Shown here piece after piece: positions 1 to 10,389 of a stretch of DNA of 64,000 nt; the stretch's first letter is position 1; each line of letters opens with the position of its first letter. Made by a program: the position numbers and the translations under genes. Location: assembly GCA_002476605.1 (NCBI GenBank), contig DLLD01000015.1, positions 9,694 through 73,693 on the forward strand. The letters are read 5' to 3'. The notes beneath the pieces are model-generated. The model did not search any database. It was not told where the DNA came from and worked only from the letters and a program-made list of their open reading frames with translations. The DNA is from Christensenella sp. UBA7571 (GTDB lineage: Bacteria; Bacillota; Clostridia; Christensenellales; CAG-917).

Positions 1-192
1 GCGCGCGGACAAACAGTACCCGAACACGCTAGCAAAGCCGAATATGGCAATCTGCACTACGCACGTGAAAAGTGCGTCGGCGTCCTCAACTCCGAGCGCG
101 GAATAGATATCGAGTGCGGACGCCACCCTCAAAAGGAGCGTCAACAATACGACGATAAAATAGGTGATGCCGACGTTGAGCCTTTTTGTCAT
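1..192 (-). CDS. Partial N-terminus of a membrane protein (MTKRLNVGITYFIVVLLTLLLRV...), truncated by the window edge
   Basis: Open frame from ATG at 192 to the window edge; hydrophobic; ATGA overlap with the stop of the upstream CPBP gene (189-192). Confidence 0.55.
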   Translation of the reverse strand, partial: MTKRLNVGITYFIVVLLTLLLRVASALDIYSALGVEDADALFTCVVQIAIFGFASVFGYCLSAR

Positions 193-1283
193 ATCAACCC
201 CGAAATAAAGCCGTAAAGCCAATACACGCACACGAATGCGAGAGCGATCCATACGCCTATCATATTTTGATTTTTGCCGACGTATTCGACCGAGTTGCTT
301 TCTTCAAGCGAATAAGTTATCCTCTTCCACCCGCCTTTGGTGAATAGCATTACGAAAAACTTTCCGAAACCGACGAAGAAGTTATCTTTTTTCGTATCGT
401 TTGCCGTTGCTACGATGGTGAAACCTTCCTCTTCGTACACGCTCTTGACTTCACCGCTTGCCGACTTCGGTTTGCCCGCACGATAGAACGCGTAAAGCAA
501 GAATACGAGCAAAAGCAAGCCTATTACGACGCTTGCAAAGCCCGTAAGCCAGTTGTAATAGCCGAGTTTGTCGTAAATTTCATCCACTTGCGGGAGATAC
601 GCCGTGAGCGTGATACTGATAAAATTGTTGACGAAGTGCACTATCACGCTTGCCCACAGCGAACCCGATATCGCAACGACGAGCGCAAGCACGACGCCAA
701 GTCCGAATTGGTGCACAGTTTGCACGGGGTTTGCGTGCATAAGGCTGAACATAAGCGCGGATATAAGCACGCCGAACCAAATATTGCGAGTGGACAATCC
801 CGAAAAGAGATTGCCTCTTATAAGCAATTCCTCACCGAAAGCGGGCAAAACCGCCATCAAGAGCAAGGACAAGAAATAAATTCCTACGTTGGAATAATCG
901 GGCATTGCGACGCCCGAGCCGTGATAACCGATGACGTTCAAAAACGCCGTCCACGCATTTGCAAGAGGCAAAAACACGAGGATAGTGGCAATTGCAATAA
1001 ACGGAAGCACGGTTATTTGCAAAGGGTTGAGCTTGCCTCTCATTTTGGAGACGTAAACCAAGTCGTATTTGCGGACTTTGGAATATACGAGCACCGTGCA
1101 TACGAACCCCACTTGCATAAGCGCGTATCCGCACCACGAGAAAACGTTCATTCCGTCAAAAGACGCGCCCGCGACGCCCGCGGCACGCAAAATCAAGGAC
1201 AAAAACGTTGACAACAAACTGCCTACGCATATTCCCAACAAATATATAGAAGAGCCTTCGCTCGCGCCTATCGTCCTTCTCAT
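189..1283 (-). CDS. CPBP family intramembrane glutamic endopeptidase (CAAX protease-like)
   Basis: Multi-TM protein with EELLIRGNLF and later FSLMHANPVQ motifs typical of CPBP/Abi family. Confidence 0.8.
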   Translation of the reverse strand: MRRTIGASEGSSIYLLGICVGSLLSTFLSLILRAAGVAGASFDGMNVFSWCGYALMQVGFVCTVLVYSKVRKYDLVYVSKMRGKLNPLQITVLPFIAIATILVFLPLANAWTAFLNVIGYHGSGVAMPDYSNVGIYFLSLLLMAVLPAFGEELLIRGNLFSGLSTRNIWFGVLISALMFSLMHANPVQTVHQFGLGVVLALVVAISGSLWASVIVHFVNNFISITLTAYLPQVDEIYDKLGYYNWLTGFASVVIGLLLLVFLLYAFYRAGKPKSASGEVKSVYEEEGFTIVATANDTKKDNFFVGFGKFFVMLFTKGGWKRITYSLEESNSVEYVGKNQNMIGVWIALAFVCVYWLYGFISGLI

Positions 1284-2059
1284 AAGATTTCAAAAACCTC
1301 ACTGCGCCTATTTTGATGCGCCACGTACAATTCTATGTCCGAGTCACGCTCTTTGAGCGTGTTTTCCACCGTGTCGTAAGCAAGTTTTTCGGTGTTGTTG
1401 TTTTCGCTGATATGCCCCAAGAGCAACCTTTGCACTTCCGAGCCTTCGCACAAGCGGTTTGCAATTCGTGCGGTTGCGTCGTTGGACAAGTGTCCGTTGT
1501 TGGACAAAATGCGTTGTTTGAGCCACGCGGGATATTTGCCATCTTGCAACATTTTGAGGTCGTGATTGGCTTCCAAAAGCACCACGCTACTGTCCTTTAT
1601 ATTGCGAAGAACGCCCACCGTGGGCGTGCCGATATCCGTTGCGACGCTACAACGCGCGTGCCCGCACTCAAAAGAATACGCAAGCGGATACGCCGCGTCG
1701 TGCGGTATTCTGAACGGCATAACTTTGATATCGCCTATATCGAAACCGCCCTCGTAATTATCGACGTCCGCAAAGTTTTTGAGACCGTCGTATTTTGCGC
1801 AAAGCGCGCGAGCGGTGAGCGTGTGCGCGTAAATTTGCGTGTGCTCGCAAAGTTTTGCAAGTCCGCAAACGTGGTCGGCGTGTTCGTGAGTTATCACTAT
1901 GCCGTCAATCATATCGGGTGTAAGCCCGAAATCCCGAAGCTCGGTGGCAATCCTCGTATACGAAACGCCGGCGTCAACGAGTATTGCCGTCGTGTTGGAA
2001 AGTATAAGCGTAGCGTTGCCTTTGCTTCCGCTTGCCAGTGATACGAGTTTCAAGGACAT
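1280..2059 (-). CDS. MBL-fold metallohydrolase, YycJ/WalJ-like
   Basis: LASGSKGNATLI start, ITHEHADHVCGL metal-binding motif, LGHISENNN. Confidence 0.85.
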   Translation of the reverse strand: MSLKLVSLASGSKGNATLILSNTTAILVDAGVSYTRIATELRDFGLTPDMIDGIVITHEHADHVCGLAKLCEHTQIYAHTLTARALCAKYDGLKNFADVDNYEGGFDIGDIKVMPFRIPHDAAYPLAYSFECGHARCSVATDIGTPTVGVLRNIKDSSVVLLEANHDLKMLQDGKYPAWLKQRILSNNGHLSNDATARIANRLCEGSEVQRLLLGHISENNNTEKLAYDTVENTLKERDSDIELYVAHQNRRSEVFEIL

Positions 2060-2126
2060 ATTTTTTCAAAAATTAAACGAATTACCGCCGAGGGTAATTC
2101 GTTTATATATCGACTGTTGCCGAATA

Positions 2127-2981
2127 TCAGATTTCACGCGAAGCACGGTTGCTGTCTTCCACCTTGTCGTCGAGCTTGTTGAGCACGCAAGAGAACACGA
2201 TGGTAAGAACGAGGTTGAGAAGCGTGAGTGCCACGAGCACTACAAGCGCAATCTCGTTGCCGAGGACGAATTGCTTCTTGACGAGCAACTTGATGAGGTA
2301 TGCAAGCATTGCCGCCGCGCTTCCGAGAGAAAGTATAAACGTAAACGCACGCGGATATTTGCCCACGATTATGGAGATAAGCGAAGTTATCACCATCACC
2401 GCCTCGACTGCCGCCACGCCTATAAACGCGAAGTTGCGAAGAGGTCTTGCATTGAAGCCGTCTTTTACCCAGCCCATAATCACGCCGATAACGTTGTATT
2501 TGGTTATATCCAGCGTGCCTATCGACTTCATAAAGTAAGACAATATGAACGGGAGCACCGTGACTGCCGCAATCAAGAAGGTGACGAGTGCGAAAACTCT
2601 CGGTTGAACCTTTGCTTTCTTCTTGATTTTCTTTTGAGTGGATACGGTCTCGAATTCGGTTGCGTCACCGTACTCGACGGTTGACGGCATATAACCGCTC
2701 TGTTGCTTGCCGTCCGTGCGCAAAACGTTGCTGTCTTGCGTCATATAAGGCACGACCGCAAGAGGCACGACAATCGGTTGCAACTGAATGGTGTTGTGCT
2801 TGGGTGCGACGATAGGAACGGGACCGCCGATGCCGACGGGCTTCATAACCGTAACGTCAGAACCTGCTTCGGGTTGCGGAGTGCCGTACGCCTCCGACTC
2901 GAACAACGGCTCGTCGTCGACTTTTACGTCGTTAGTATCCGGAGAAAAAACTATCTCTTGATTTTTGTCCTTCTTTGCCAT
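2127..2981 (-). CDS. Hypothetical 4-TM membrane protein with long polar N-terminal region
   Basis: ORF with several predicted TM segments; same architecture as downstream 2998..3786. Confidence 0.6.
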   Translation of the reverse strand: MAKKDKNQEIVFSPDTNDVKVDDEPLFESEAYGTPQPEAGSDVTVMKPVGIGGPVPIVAPKHNTIQLQPIVVPLAVVPYMTQDSNVLRTDGKQQSGYMPSTVEYGDATEFETVSTQKKIKKKAKVQPRVFALVTFLIAAVTVLPFILSYFMKSIGTLDITKYNVIGVIMGWVKDGFNARPLRNFAFIGVAAVEAVMVITSLISIIVGKYPRAFTFILSLGSAAAMLAYLIKLLVKKQFVLGNEIALVVLVALTLLNLVLTIVFSCVLNKLDDKVEDSNRASREI

Positions 2982-2997
2982 AATTCCTCCAAAAGAG

Positions 2998-3786
2998 TTA
3001 TTTGAGATAACCGTACTTTTCGCGGTTTACGATTGCGCATATTCCGCAAAGTAGCACGTATCCCGCGCCGAACACGAGCATCGTAAACAAATAACTCGTA
3101 CGATATCCGTGTATGAAGTCTTGCATAAAATCTATCTTTGCGATGCCTATACCGTTTGCCCCCACGAGTGCCGTGATGAATATCGCAAGCACGCATATAA
3201 GATTGACGATTGCACCGCTCGTATACTTGATCGGTTTGATTGCGCCGAATATCGCAAAAACGGATTTTATCATATTGATAAGAACGGATAAAATGCCGAT
3301 TGTGATAACTATATCGGGAATCATACCAAGCCAAATCTTGCCTACCGTCTCACCTTTCCAGCCGAGTTCGGCAGTGCGTTTGAACGCGTCGATAAAATGT
3401 CCGACGACGTTGAATCTGTCCGCAACGAGCAAGAAAGGCAACTTTGCGTCCGCCTTTACCGCCGACAAAATATAGGGCAAAAGCACCGCGACCGAGGCAA
3501 GAAACGCTATTATACCCGCCGTCATATTCTTTGCTCGCTTGCCTCTCTTCCACTTCTTGTTGGCGTCTTCCTTTTTGGGTTGGAAGTCGTTGGCGGTGGA
3601 TTGAGCGCGGACGGAATCGCCCTCTTGCGGGCGTTCTTCCGTCACGAGATGCGGCTCTATAACGAACTCTTGCATCACGGTGGGCATCACGTGATATCCC
3701 GAATTGGGCGCGGGGGTAGGCGCAAGCCTTATGCCCGCGTCGTCAACGCCTTTTATTCTGGGTTTGTTGTTTTTTGTATCTGCCAT
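2998..3786 (-). CDS. Hypothetical 4-TM membrane protein, architecture similar to 2127..2981
   Basis: ORF, TM segments, close spacing with neighbours. Confidence 0.6.
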   Translation of the reverse strand: MADTKNNKPRIKGVDDAGIRLAPTPAPNSGYHVMPTVMQEFVIEPHLVTEERPQEGDSVRAQSTANDFQPKKEDANKKWKRGKRAKNMTAGIIAFLASVAVLLPYILSAVKADAKLPFLLVADRFNVVGHFIDAFKRTAELGWKGETVGKIWLGMIPDIVITIGILSVLINMIKSVFAIFGAIKPIKYTSGAIVNLICVLAIFITALVGANGIGIAKIDFMQDFIHGYRTSYLFTMLVFGAGYVLLCGICAIVNREKYGYLK

Positions 3787-3795
3787 AATACGCCG

Positions 3796-5010
3796 TCAGT
3801 TTTTCTTGTTTGAACCTTTGCTCGGGGTTGCTACTACGGGTTTTTGCACCGTGCGTCTTTCCTCCACCACGGGTGAGTATTGCATAAGCGGTTGCTCTTG
3901 CGTCACGTAAGGCACGAACGCCACCGGTTGCACGATGGGAGGCATTTGATAGGGCTTGCCGTCAGCTCCCATAAAGAACGCGGGTTGACCTTGCGCAACT
4001 CCCGCTTGTTGGGGATAAGGTTGTGCCGCCGCCGGAGGCGCGTACGGATACGGGTACGGCGGATACGGATAGGGATAAGGAGGATACGCTCCGAAATGCG
4101 CTTGGTTAGGACCGGAAAAGTCCGCTTGTTCTTCCTTCTTCTCTTCCGTCTTGGGCGGTGCGACTTGCTCTTGCTTGGGCGCGTTGATTTCGTCTATAAA
4201 CTCGTCCAAAGTGGGCGTCTTTTCCACTTCGAGATCCGCTTGCGGAGGGGGTACGATTTTTTGTTTGCGCTTAACGGGCGGGCATTGCTTGATCTTGTTT
4301 TTGGCAAGAAGCAAAAGCGCGCGCGCCTTGTCGCGACCGCAGTGAGTGCAAGCGGTTGCGTCGAGCGGATTGATAGTTCCGCACGCGGGGCAAACGTAGG
4401 TCTCACCCTCTATGTCGTCTTCGTCTATTTGAGAATACGGATCTGCGTAATACTTGGCGTAAGATTGGAGCGCAACGGACATCTTTTTGAGAAGAGCCAC
4501 GTCTTCCGAGCCGAGTTCATTGAGTTTTTGTCTGTAACGTTCAAGCACGTTTGCCTTTTTCTCGTACTCTTCCTCGCTCTTTTTGCGGTAATCTTCCACT
4601 TGCAAGAGAGCGGTTTCTCTCTCTTCCGCGGTCTTTTGGCGTTTTTCGGCAATCTCTTTGTCAACCGCCGCCATTCTCTCGCGCTCCATATTGTCAAGAC
4701 GCAATTTGGTCTTGCGCGCGTCGAGCATATCCGCGTCGCTGTGCGTTTCGCTTTCCGCTACGATGGGAGCACCGCAAGATACGCAAAATTTTGCACCGGG
4801 CAAGTTCTTCGTTCCGCAAACGGCGCAAACGGGTTTGCGCATAACGGACAAGATACCGCCGCACTTGGCGCAATATCTGCTTCCCGCACTGTTCTTTGCG
4901 TGACATACGGGGCAAACGGTCTCGTAATTTTCAACTACGTCCGCTCCGCACGTTGGGCAAAACGCTTGTCCGGGTTTTACTTCGTTTCCGCATATTTTAC
5001 AAACAAACAT
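3796..5010 (-). CDS. Multi-zinc-ribbon protein with Pro/Tyr-rich C-terminal region
   Basis: CxxC pairs: CKICGNEVKPGQAFCPTCG, CPVCHAKNSAGSRYCAKCG, CAVCGTKNLPGAKFCVSCG, CPACGTINPLDATACTHCG; YPPYPYPYPPYPYPYAPP repeat. Confidence 0.75.
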   Translation of the reverse strand: MFVCKICGNEVKPGQAFCPTCGADVVENYETVCPVCHAKNSAGSRYCAKCGGILSVMRKPVCAVCGTKNLPGAKFCVSCGAPIVAESETHSDADMLDARKTKLRLDNMERERMAAVDKEIAEKRQKTAEERETALLQVEDYRKKSEEEYEKKANVLERYRQKLNELGSEDVALLKKMSVALQSYAKYYADPYSQIDEDDIEGETYVCPACGTINPLDATACTHCGRDKARALLLLAKNKIKQCPPVKRKQKIVPPPQADLEVEKTPTLDEFIDEINAPKQEQVAPPKTEEKKEEQADFSGPNQAHFGAYPPYPYPYPPYPYPYAPPAAAQPYPQQAGVAQGQPAFFMGADGKPYQMPPIVQPVAFVPYVTQEQPLMQYSPVVEERRTVQKPVVATPSKGSNKKN

Positions 5011-5039
5011 ATTTCACCTACAAAATGTTTATCGTTAAG

Positions 5040-6665
5040 TCACGCCTTGGGTTTGAAACTGTCTTTGAGGCCGACTATGCTGTTAAATTCGTTCTTATCG
5101 TTGCGCTTGATGAAGTAACCTTCGCGCAAGAATTGGAATCTCGTATGGACGGGTGCGTCTCCGACGATTTTCTCCGCTTTTCCGTGAAGAACGGTGAGCG
5201 AATTGGGATTGACTCTGTCCATATAATCTCCGTCTCCGTCGTTGATGAGGTAATCGAACATATTGAGAGTAACGTCCACGCAGTCGTTGGCATTGACGAA
5301 ATGTATCGTGCCTTTGACTTTCATATTTGCGCCCTCTTCACCCGACTTCGTGCCTTCGAGATACTCGGCGTGCACCGCGGTGACGTTGCCGTCCGCGTCT
5401 TGCTCGCAACCGACGTATTTGATGATATACGCGCCTTTGAGGCGTACTATTCCGTCGGGCTTCAAGCGGAAGTATTTTGGCGGAGGATTGAGCGAGAAAT
5501 CGTCTTGCTCGATGTACAATTCTCTACCGAACGTCGTCTCGTGTACGCCCGCACCCTCTTGTTGCGGATTGTTTTCGATATACACGGGTTCGCTCTTGCC
5601 TTCGGGATAGTTGTCGATGATGAGTTTCAAGGGCTTGGTTACGACCATCGCTCTTTGTGCGTGTGCGTTCAAGTCCTCTCTCACGCAGTGTTCCAAAATG
5701 GAAATATCCACTTCGCTATCCGCTTTTGCAACGCCTATGCGTTGGCAAAAATCTCTGATTGCTTCGGGAGTGTAACCTCTTTCTCTTATACCCGAAAGAG
5801 TGGACAATCTCGGATCGTCCCAGCCCCACACGATTTTTTCGTCGACCAAACGCTTGATAAAACGCTTGCTCATAACCGTGTGCGTGAGATTGAGTCTTGC
5901 AAACTCTATTTGACGAGGTCTGGGATCAAAACCGCAGTTGAGCGTAACCCAGTCGTAAAGCGGACGATGGTTTTCAAATTCAAGCGAGCAAAGGGAGTGC
6001 GTAATGCCCTCGATTGCGTCCTCGATGGGGTGCGCAAAGTCGTACATCGGGTAGATAACCCACTTGTCTCCCGTGTGCGGGTGCGTTGCGTGGCAAATAC
6101 GATAGATGACGGGGTCACGCATATTGATGTTGGGTGACGCCATATCGATTTTTGCACGCAAGACTTTTTCACCGTCGGCAAATTCCCCCTTTCTCATACG
6201 CTCGAACAAATCGAGGTTTTCCTCTACGCTTCTGTTTCTGTACGGGCTTTCAGTACCTGGGGTGTTGAAATTGCCTCTCGTTGCGCTTATCTCTTCCGCG
6301 CTCAAATCGCAAACGTACGCTTTGCCCTCTTTGATGAGCTTGACGGCACAATCGTACATTTTCTCGAAATAATCGCTTGCGTTGTGGAGTTCGTCCCAAT
6401 CGAAGCCGAGCCACTTGATGTCGGCTTTGATGCTCTCCATATATTCGACGTCCTCTTTGGCGGGGTTGGTGTCGTCAAAGCGCAAATTGCACGCGCCGTG
6501 ATACTTTTCTTTCATACCGAAGTTGATGCAAAGAGCCTTTGCGTGTCCGATATGCAAATATCCGTTGGGTTCGGGCGGAAAACGAGTGATAATCTTGTTC
6601 ACCTTTCCGCTTGCGAGGTCTTCGTCGATAAATTCTTCAATAAAGTTTCTTGAATTGTCTTCCAT
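5040..6665 (-). CDS. glnS: Glutaminyl-tRNA synthetase
   Basis: [18 protein letters not shown] (HIGH), VMSKR (KMSKS-like) and a C-terminal anticodon-binding region of GlnRS type. Confidence 0.92.
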   Translation of the reverse strand: MEDNSRNFIEEFIDEDLASGKVNKIITRFPPEPNGYLHIGHAKALCINFGMKEKYHGACNLRFDDTNPAKEDVEYMESIKADIKWLGFDWDELHNASDYFEKMYDCAVKLIKEGKAYVCDLSAEEISATRGNFNTPGTESPYRNRSVEENLDLFERMRKGEFADGEKVLRAKIDMASPNINMRDPVIYRICHATHPHTGDKWVIYPMYDFAHPIEDAIEGITHSLCSLEFENHRPLYDWVTLNCGFDPRPRQIEFARLNLTHTVMSKRFIKRLVDEKIVWGWDDPRLSTLSGIRERGYTPEAIRDFCQRIGVAKADSEVDISILEHCVREDLNAHAQRAMVVTKPLKLIIDNYPEGKSEPVYIENNPQQEGAGVHETTFGRELYIEQDDFSLNPPPKYFRLKPDGIVRLKGAYIIKYVGCEQDADGNVTAVHAEYLEGTKSGEEGANMKVKGTIHFVNANDCVDVTLNMFDYLINDGDGDYMDRVNPNSLTVLHGKAEKIVGDAPVHTRFQFLREGYFIKRNDKNEFNSIVGLKDSFKPKA

Positions 6666-6820
6666 TTAGGTATAGCCTTTGCGCGACAACGTGCAGACAC
6701 GCACGCATATTGCGCGTAAATAAAATTATTATACTTAATGATAAAACTAAAACGATTTTATGTCAATAACGTAAGCGCATAACGCGCATACAAATTTTTC
6801 AAAATTTTTGAAATTTTTTA

Positions 6821-7630
6821 TCAATAAACCACTTTGATAAGGTGCAAACCCTTTGCCGAAAGCGTTTTGCCCGCCTTTTTGCGGTCGCCTTTTTCGAGAA
6901 TATCCTTTACGTCGTCCACAGTGAGTTTGCCAATTCCCACGTACAACAAAGTGCCCGCGATTATGCGCACCATATTGTACAAAAAGCCGTTGCCCGTGAC
7001 GTATATACATATCTCGCTGTCGTAGATAAAATCGGGATTTGAGCCGTTTAGACGTTGATTTTTGGCGTCGTCGAATATTGCCGAAGCGTAGGAAAGTTCG
7101 CGCGTTTGAATATCTACGGAATACACCGTGCGGACGGTGTTTTTAACCACGCTTCCGCTTGCCTCGAAGCACTTGAAATCGTGCGTTCCCTCAATGATTT
7201 TCGCAGCCTCTTTCATCGCTTTGAGGTTGAGCGGGACGACGACGTGTTCGTGCGTCGCTTCCATCATCGGCAAACGATGTTTTGAAAGATACATCTTGTA
7301 GCAGTACGTTTTGCGCTTGGCGTTGAACCTTGCGTTGAAATCGTCGTCTACGACTTCGCAATAGAGCATACTCACGTCGTCGGGCAATTCCGTATTGACG
7401 GCAAAAGGTATTTTGTCGGTGGGTATGGACGTCGTCGCGTCGAAATGCACCACTTGCCCCTCGGCGTGTACGCCCGCGTCCGTGCGACCGCTTGCGGTTG
7501 CGCTCGTTGGCGTTCCGAAAGTTTTGGAAAGTGCTTTTTCGAGGACTTCTTGTACGGAAAGACCGTTGAGTTGGCGTTGCCAGCCCACGTACCTCGTTCC
7601 GCAATACGAAATTATCGCGCGATATCTCAT
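6821..7630 (-). CDS. truA: tRNA pseudouridine(38-40) synthase
   Basis: YDGTxxxGWQRQ-like CGTRYVGWQRQLNGLSVQEVLE and SGRTDAGVHAEGQV motif. Confidence 0.93.
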   Translation of the reverse strand: MRYRAIISYCGTRYVGWQRQLNGLSVQEVLEKALSKTFGTPTSATASGRTDAGVHAEGQVVHFDATTSIPTDKIPFAVNTELPDDVSMLYCEVVDDDFNARFNAKRKTYCYKMYLSKHRLPMMEATHEHVVVPLNLKAMKEAAKIIEGTHDFKCFEASGSVVKNTVRTVYSVDIQTRELSYASAIFDDAKNQRLNGSNPDFIYDSEICIYVTGNGFLYNMVRIIAGTLLYVGIGKLTVDDVKDILEKGDRKKAGKTLSAKGLHLIKVVY

Positions 7631-8478
7631 ACCAGCCCTCCGAAAATCATTTGGTCGATATTTATGCCCACCGTCGGGAAATAGTATCTTTCAAGCAAAA
7701 TCACCACGAAATACGCTATCATAAAAAACAATGCAAAAGCGTCGCCGACGCCGAATTTTGCCTTCTTCATTTTGGTGCGATTTTCCGTTGCGTTGTAACA
7801 CCTTGCGTCCATTGCGAAAGCAAGTTCGTCCGCTCGTCTGAACGAGTTGACGAAAAGCGGAATAAGCACCGGAAGCATTGCCTTTGCCCTTGCGAAAAGT
7901 CCACCCGTATCGAAGCTTGCGCCACGTGCTTTTTGTGCGGAAATTATCTTGTTTGTTTCCTCGAAAAGCGTGGGGATAAAGCGAAGCGCAATGCTCATAA
8001 TCATTGCGATATCTCTTACGGGGACTTTGATGAGTTTGAGCGGAGACATAAGGCTTTCCACACCGTCGGCAAGTGCTACGGGAGTTGTCGTAAGCGAAAG
8101 CAAAGACGCGCCCGAAATCAACAAAACGAGCCTTAAAACCATCTTTATGGTGGTATGAACCCCGTCTTTGGTTATCGTGAAGATTTTCCACGACCACAAA
8201 ACTTCACCTTTTTTGATAAGAAACAAGTTGAGCACGGCGGTGAACAAAATGATGAACATCACGCCTTTGACGCTCTTCAAAACGGACATCATAGGCAGTT
8301 TTGCAAGCAAAACGATGCCTATCAAAATAACCGCCGTAAGTATAAAACCGAAGTACGATTTAACGAAGAAAATCGCAATCACGAACATAAGTGTGAGAAG
8401 CATTTTCACTCTTGCGTCGAGGCGGTGGATAATCGAATCCGCGGGGTAATATTGACCGAAAGCAACGTCCTTAAACAT
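7627..8478 (-). CDS. ecfT: Energy-coupling factor transporter transmembrane protein
   Basis: SIIHRLDARVKML start, C-terminal EcfT coupling motifs (ARG), operon with two ABC ATPases. Confidence 0.9.
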   Translation of the reverse strand: MFKDVAFGQYYPADSIIHRLDARVKMLLTLMFVIAIFFVKSYFGFILTAVILIGIVLLAKLPMMSVLKSVKGVMFIILFTAVLNLFLIKKGEVLWSWKIFTITKDGVHTTIKMVLRLVLLISGASLLSLTTTPVALADGVESLMSPLKLIKVPVRDIAMIMSIALRFIPTLFEETNKIISAQKARGASFDTGGLFARAKAMLPVLIPLFVNSFRRADELAFAMDARCYNATENRTKMKKAKFGVGDAFALFFMIAYFVVILLERYYFPTVGINIDQMIFGGLV

Positions 8479-9352
8479 CGGCTTTTACCCCCTCGTTTTC
8501 TCTAATTTTCGAGAGCGCGTCGGCAAGCTCGTCAAGGCTTATTATATCTTTGGGAAGGTCGTATCCCCTTGCTATAAATTCGTCTGAAAGAGAGGTTGCA
8601 AAAGGCACGTCAAGACCAATCTCTTCAACGTGCTTTCTATCCGAAAATACTTCTTTGGGAGTGCCGTCGGCAACGATTTTTCCGTCTTTGAGCGCGACTA
8701 TTCTATCCGCCATAACCGCGATATCGTCCATATTGTGGGACACCAAAATTATGGTGGGAGACACTTCTTTTTGAAGTTTTTTCACGAGCGCAAGTATCTC
8801 TTCTCTGCCCGCGGGATCGAGCCCCGCAACCGGTTCGTCGAGGACGAGAATTTCGGGTTGCATTGCGATAACGCCCGCAATTGCCGCTCTTCTCTTTTCA
8901 CCACCGCTCAAATCGAAGGGACTGCGGGAAGCGAATTGGTCGTAATCGAGCCCCACCACGTCCATAGCCTTGCGCACTCTCGCGTCGATTTCCTCTTTGG
9001 ACAATTTCATATTTTTAGGGCCGAACGCGACGTCCTTTTCCACCGTATCGGCAAAAAGTTGGTATTCGGGGTATTGGAACACCATACCCACCTTAAAACG
9101 CAAGTTTTTGAGCGTCTTTTTGTCCGTGGCGGACATACCCTTTACCACGACGCTCGACGTCTTTTTGTCTTGAACTTTGATAAGACCGTTGAGATGCTGA
9201 ATAAGCGTGGATTTTCCGCTTCCCGTCGCGCCGACTATGCCTACGAAACTGCCTTCTTCAATGCAAAGATTGACGTCGTCGAGTGCTTTTTTCTCGTACG
9301 GCGTCTTGCGTGAGTAAATATACGTCAAATGTTTTATCTCAATTGCCGACAT
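8471..9352 (-). CDS. ecfA2: Energy-coupling factor transporter ATPase
   Basis: Walker A GATGSGKST, signature LSGGEKRR, Walker B EILVLDEP. Confidence 0.9.
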   Translation of the reverse strand: MSAIEIKHLTYIYSRKTPYEKKALDDVNLCIEEGSFVGIVGATGSGKSTLIQHLNGLIKVQDKKTSSVVVKGMSATDKKTLKNLRFKVGMVFQYPEYQLFADTVEKDVAFGPKNMKLSKEEIDARVRKAMDVVGLDYDQFASRSPFDLSGGEKRRAAIAGVIAMQPEILVLDEPVAGLDPAGREEILALVKKLQKEVSPTIILVSHNMDDIAVMADRIVALKDGKIVADGTPKEVFSDRKHVEEIGLDVPFATSLSDEFIARGYDLPKDIISLDELADALSKIRENEGVKADV

Positions 9353-10167
9353 ACTTCCTCCACGAGTTTGTCTTTGCTCACGATTGGCGCGTCAAAGACG
9401 AAACCTTTGCTTTTTAGTTTTTCGGACAATTGCGATACGGGCGGAAGCGTAAGTCCGCACGCTTCCAAAAGTCCCGACGAAAATACTTCTTCGGGAGTGC
9501 CGTCAACTGCGATTCTGCCCTTGCGGAGCACGATAATTCTGTCCGCAAGCACCGCTTCTTCCATATTGTGAGTGATGTTTACGACGGTAATTCCTTGCTC
9601 GTTGAGAGTGGTGGCAATATCCATAATCTCTTTGCGCCCGTTGGGGTCGAGCATAGAGGTGGACTCGTCCAAAATGAGAATATCGGGGCGCATTGCAAGC
9701 ACGCCCGCGATTGCCACTCTTTGTTTTTGTCCTCCGCTCAATTTGGATACGGAACGATTGCGATATTCGCTCATTCCAACGGCATCGAGTGCGTAATTCA
9801 CTCTTTCCACGATTTCTTCGCGCGGTAAACCGATATTTTCAGGTCCGAACGCTACGTCATCCTCGATAATGGTTGCAACCGTCTGATTGTCGGGATTTTG
9901 GAAAACCATACCCGCTTTTTTGCGGATTTCAAAAGTATTTTTTTCGTCGGACGTGGAAAGACCGTCGATAAGCACTTCTCCGCTCGACGGTATAAAAAGA
10001 CCGTTGAGAAGTTTTGCAAGCGTGGATTTGCCGCTGCCGTTCATACCCACGAGCGCGACAAATTGGCCTTTCTCAACGGAAAAAGACAGGTTTTTGAGGG
10101 CTTTTAGACTGCGGCCCTCCCCTAATGAGTAACTATAACTTACTCCTTTGAGGACAATTTGCGACAT
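9334..10167 (-). CDS. ecfA1: Energy-coupling factor transporter ATPase; start at MSQIVLKGVSYSY rather than the longer ORF start at 10308
   Basis: Walker A GMNGSGKST, signature LSGGQKQR, Walker B ILILDEST; internal ATG at 10165-10167 preceded by AGGAG. Confidence 0.9.
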   Translation of the reverse strand: MSQIVLKGVSYSYSLGEGRSLKALKNLSFSVEKGQFVALVGMNGSGKSTLAKLLNGLFIPSSGEVLIDGLSTSDEKNTFEIRKKAGMVFQNPDNQTVATIIEDDVAFGPENIGLPREEIVERVNYALDAVGMSEYRNRSVSKLSGGQKQRVAIAGVLAMRPDILILDESTSMLDPNGRKEIMDIATTLNEQGITVVNITHNMEEAVLADRIIVLRKGRIAVDGTPEEVFSSGLLEACGLTLPPVSQLSEKLKSKGFVFDAPIVSKDKLVEEVCRQLR

Positions 10168-10238
10168 ATCGCGATTATACCACAGAGTATTTAGATTTGC
10201 AATCTTATATCGTTTATTGTGGATTTTATGAAAATTTC

Positions 10239-10370
10239 GAGTGTGGGTGTCCCGCCCTCGAAACAGTGATATCGTGCTTGCGCACGGTGATATTTGCGCA
10301 TAGCGCAAGTGATATTTTTTGTTATCGCAAAAAGTGATATTGCGACTTTGTCGCAGTTGTGGAATATTCC
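10239..10370 (+). repeat. GTGATATT hairpin array, copy 1: GTGTGGGTGTCCCGCCC head plus four mini-hairpins plus GTTGTGGAATATTCC tail
   Basis: Stems CGTGC/GCACG, TTGCGC/GCGCAA, TTTTTG/CAAAAA, TGCGAC/GTCGCA separated by GTGATAT; same layout as 56774-57057. Confidence 0.8.
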
Positions 10371-10389
10371 ATAAACAATAATAAAGTGC

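Noticed and set aside
3880-6137. 412-aa and 413-aa ORFs antisense to the zinc-ribbon gene and glnS
   Set aside because: Shadow ORFs; His/Arg-rich translations without domains
7847-8158. Short ORFs antisense within the ecf operon
   Set aside because: Overlap well-supported ecfT/ecfA2 genes and lack any independent evidence
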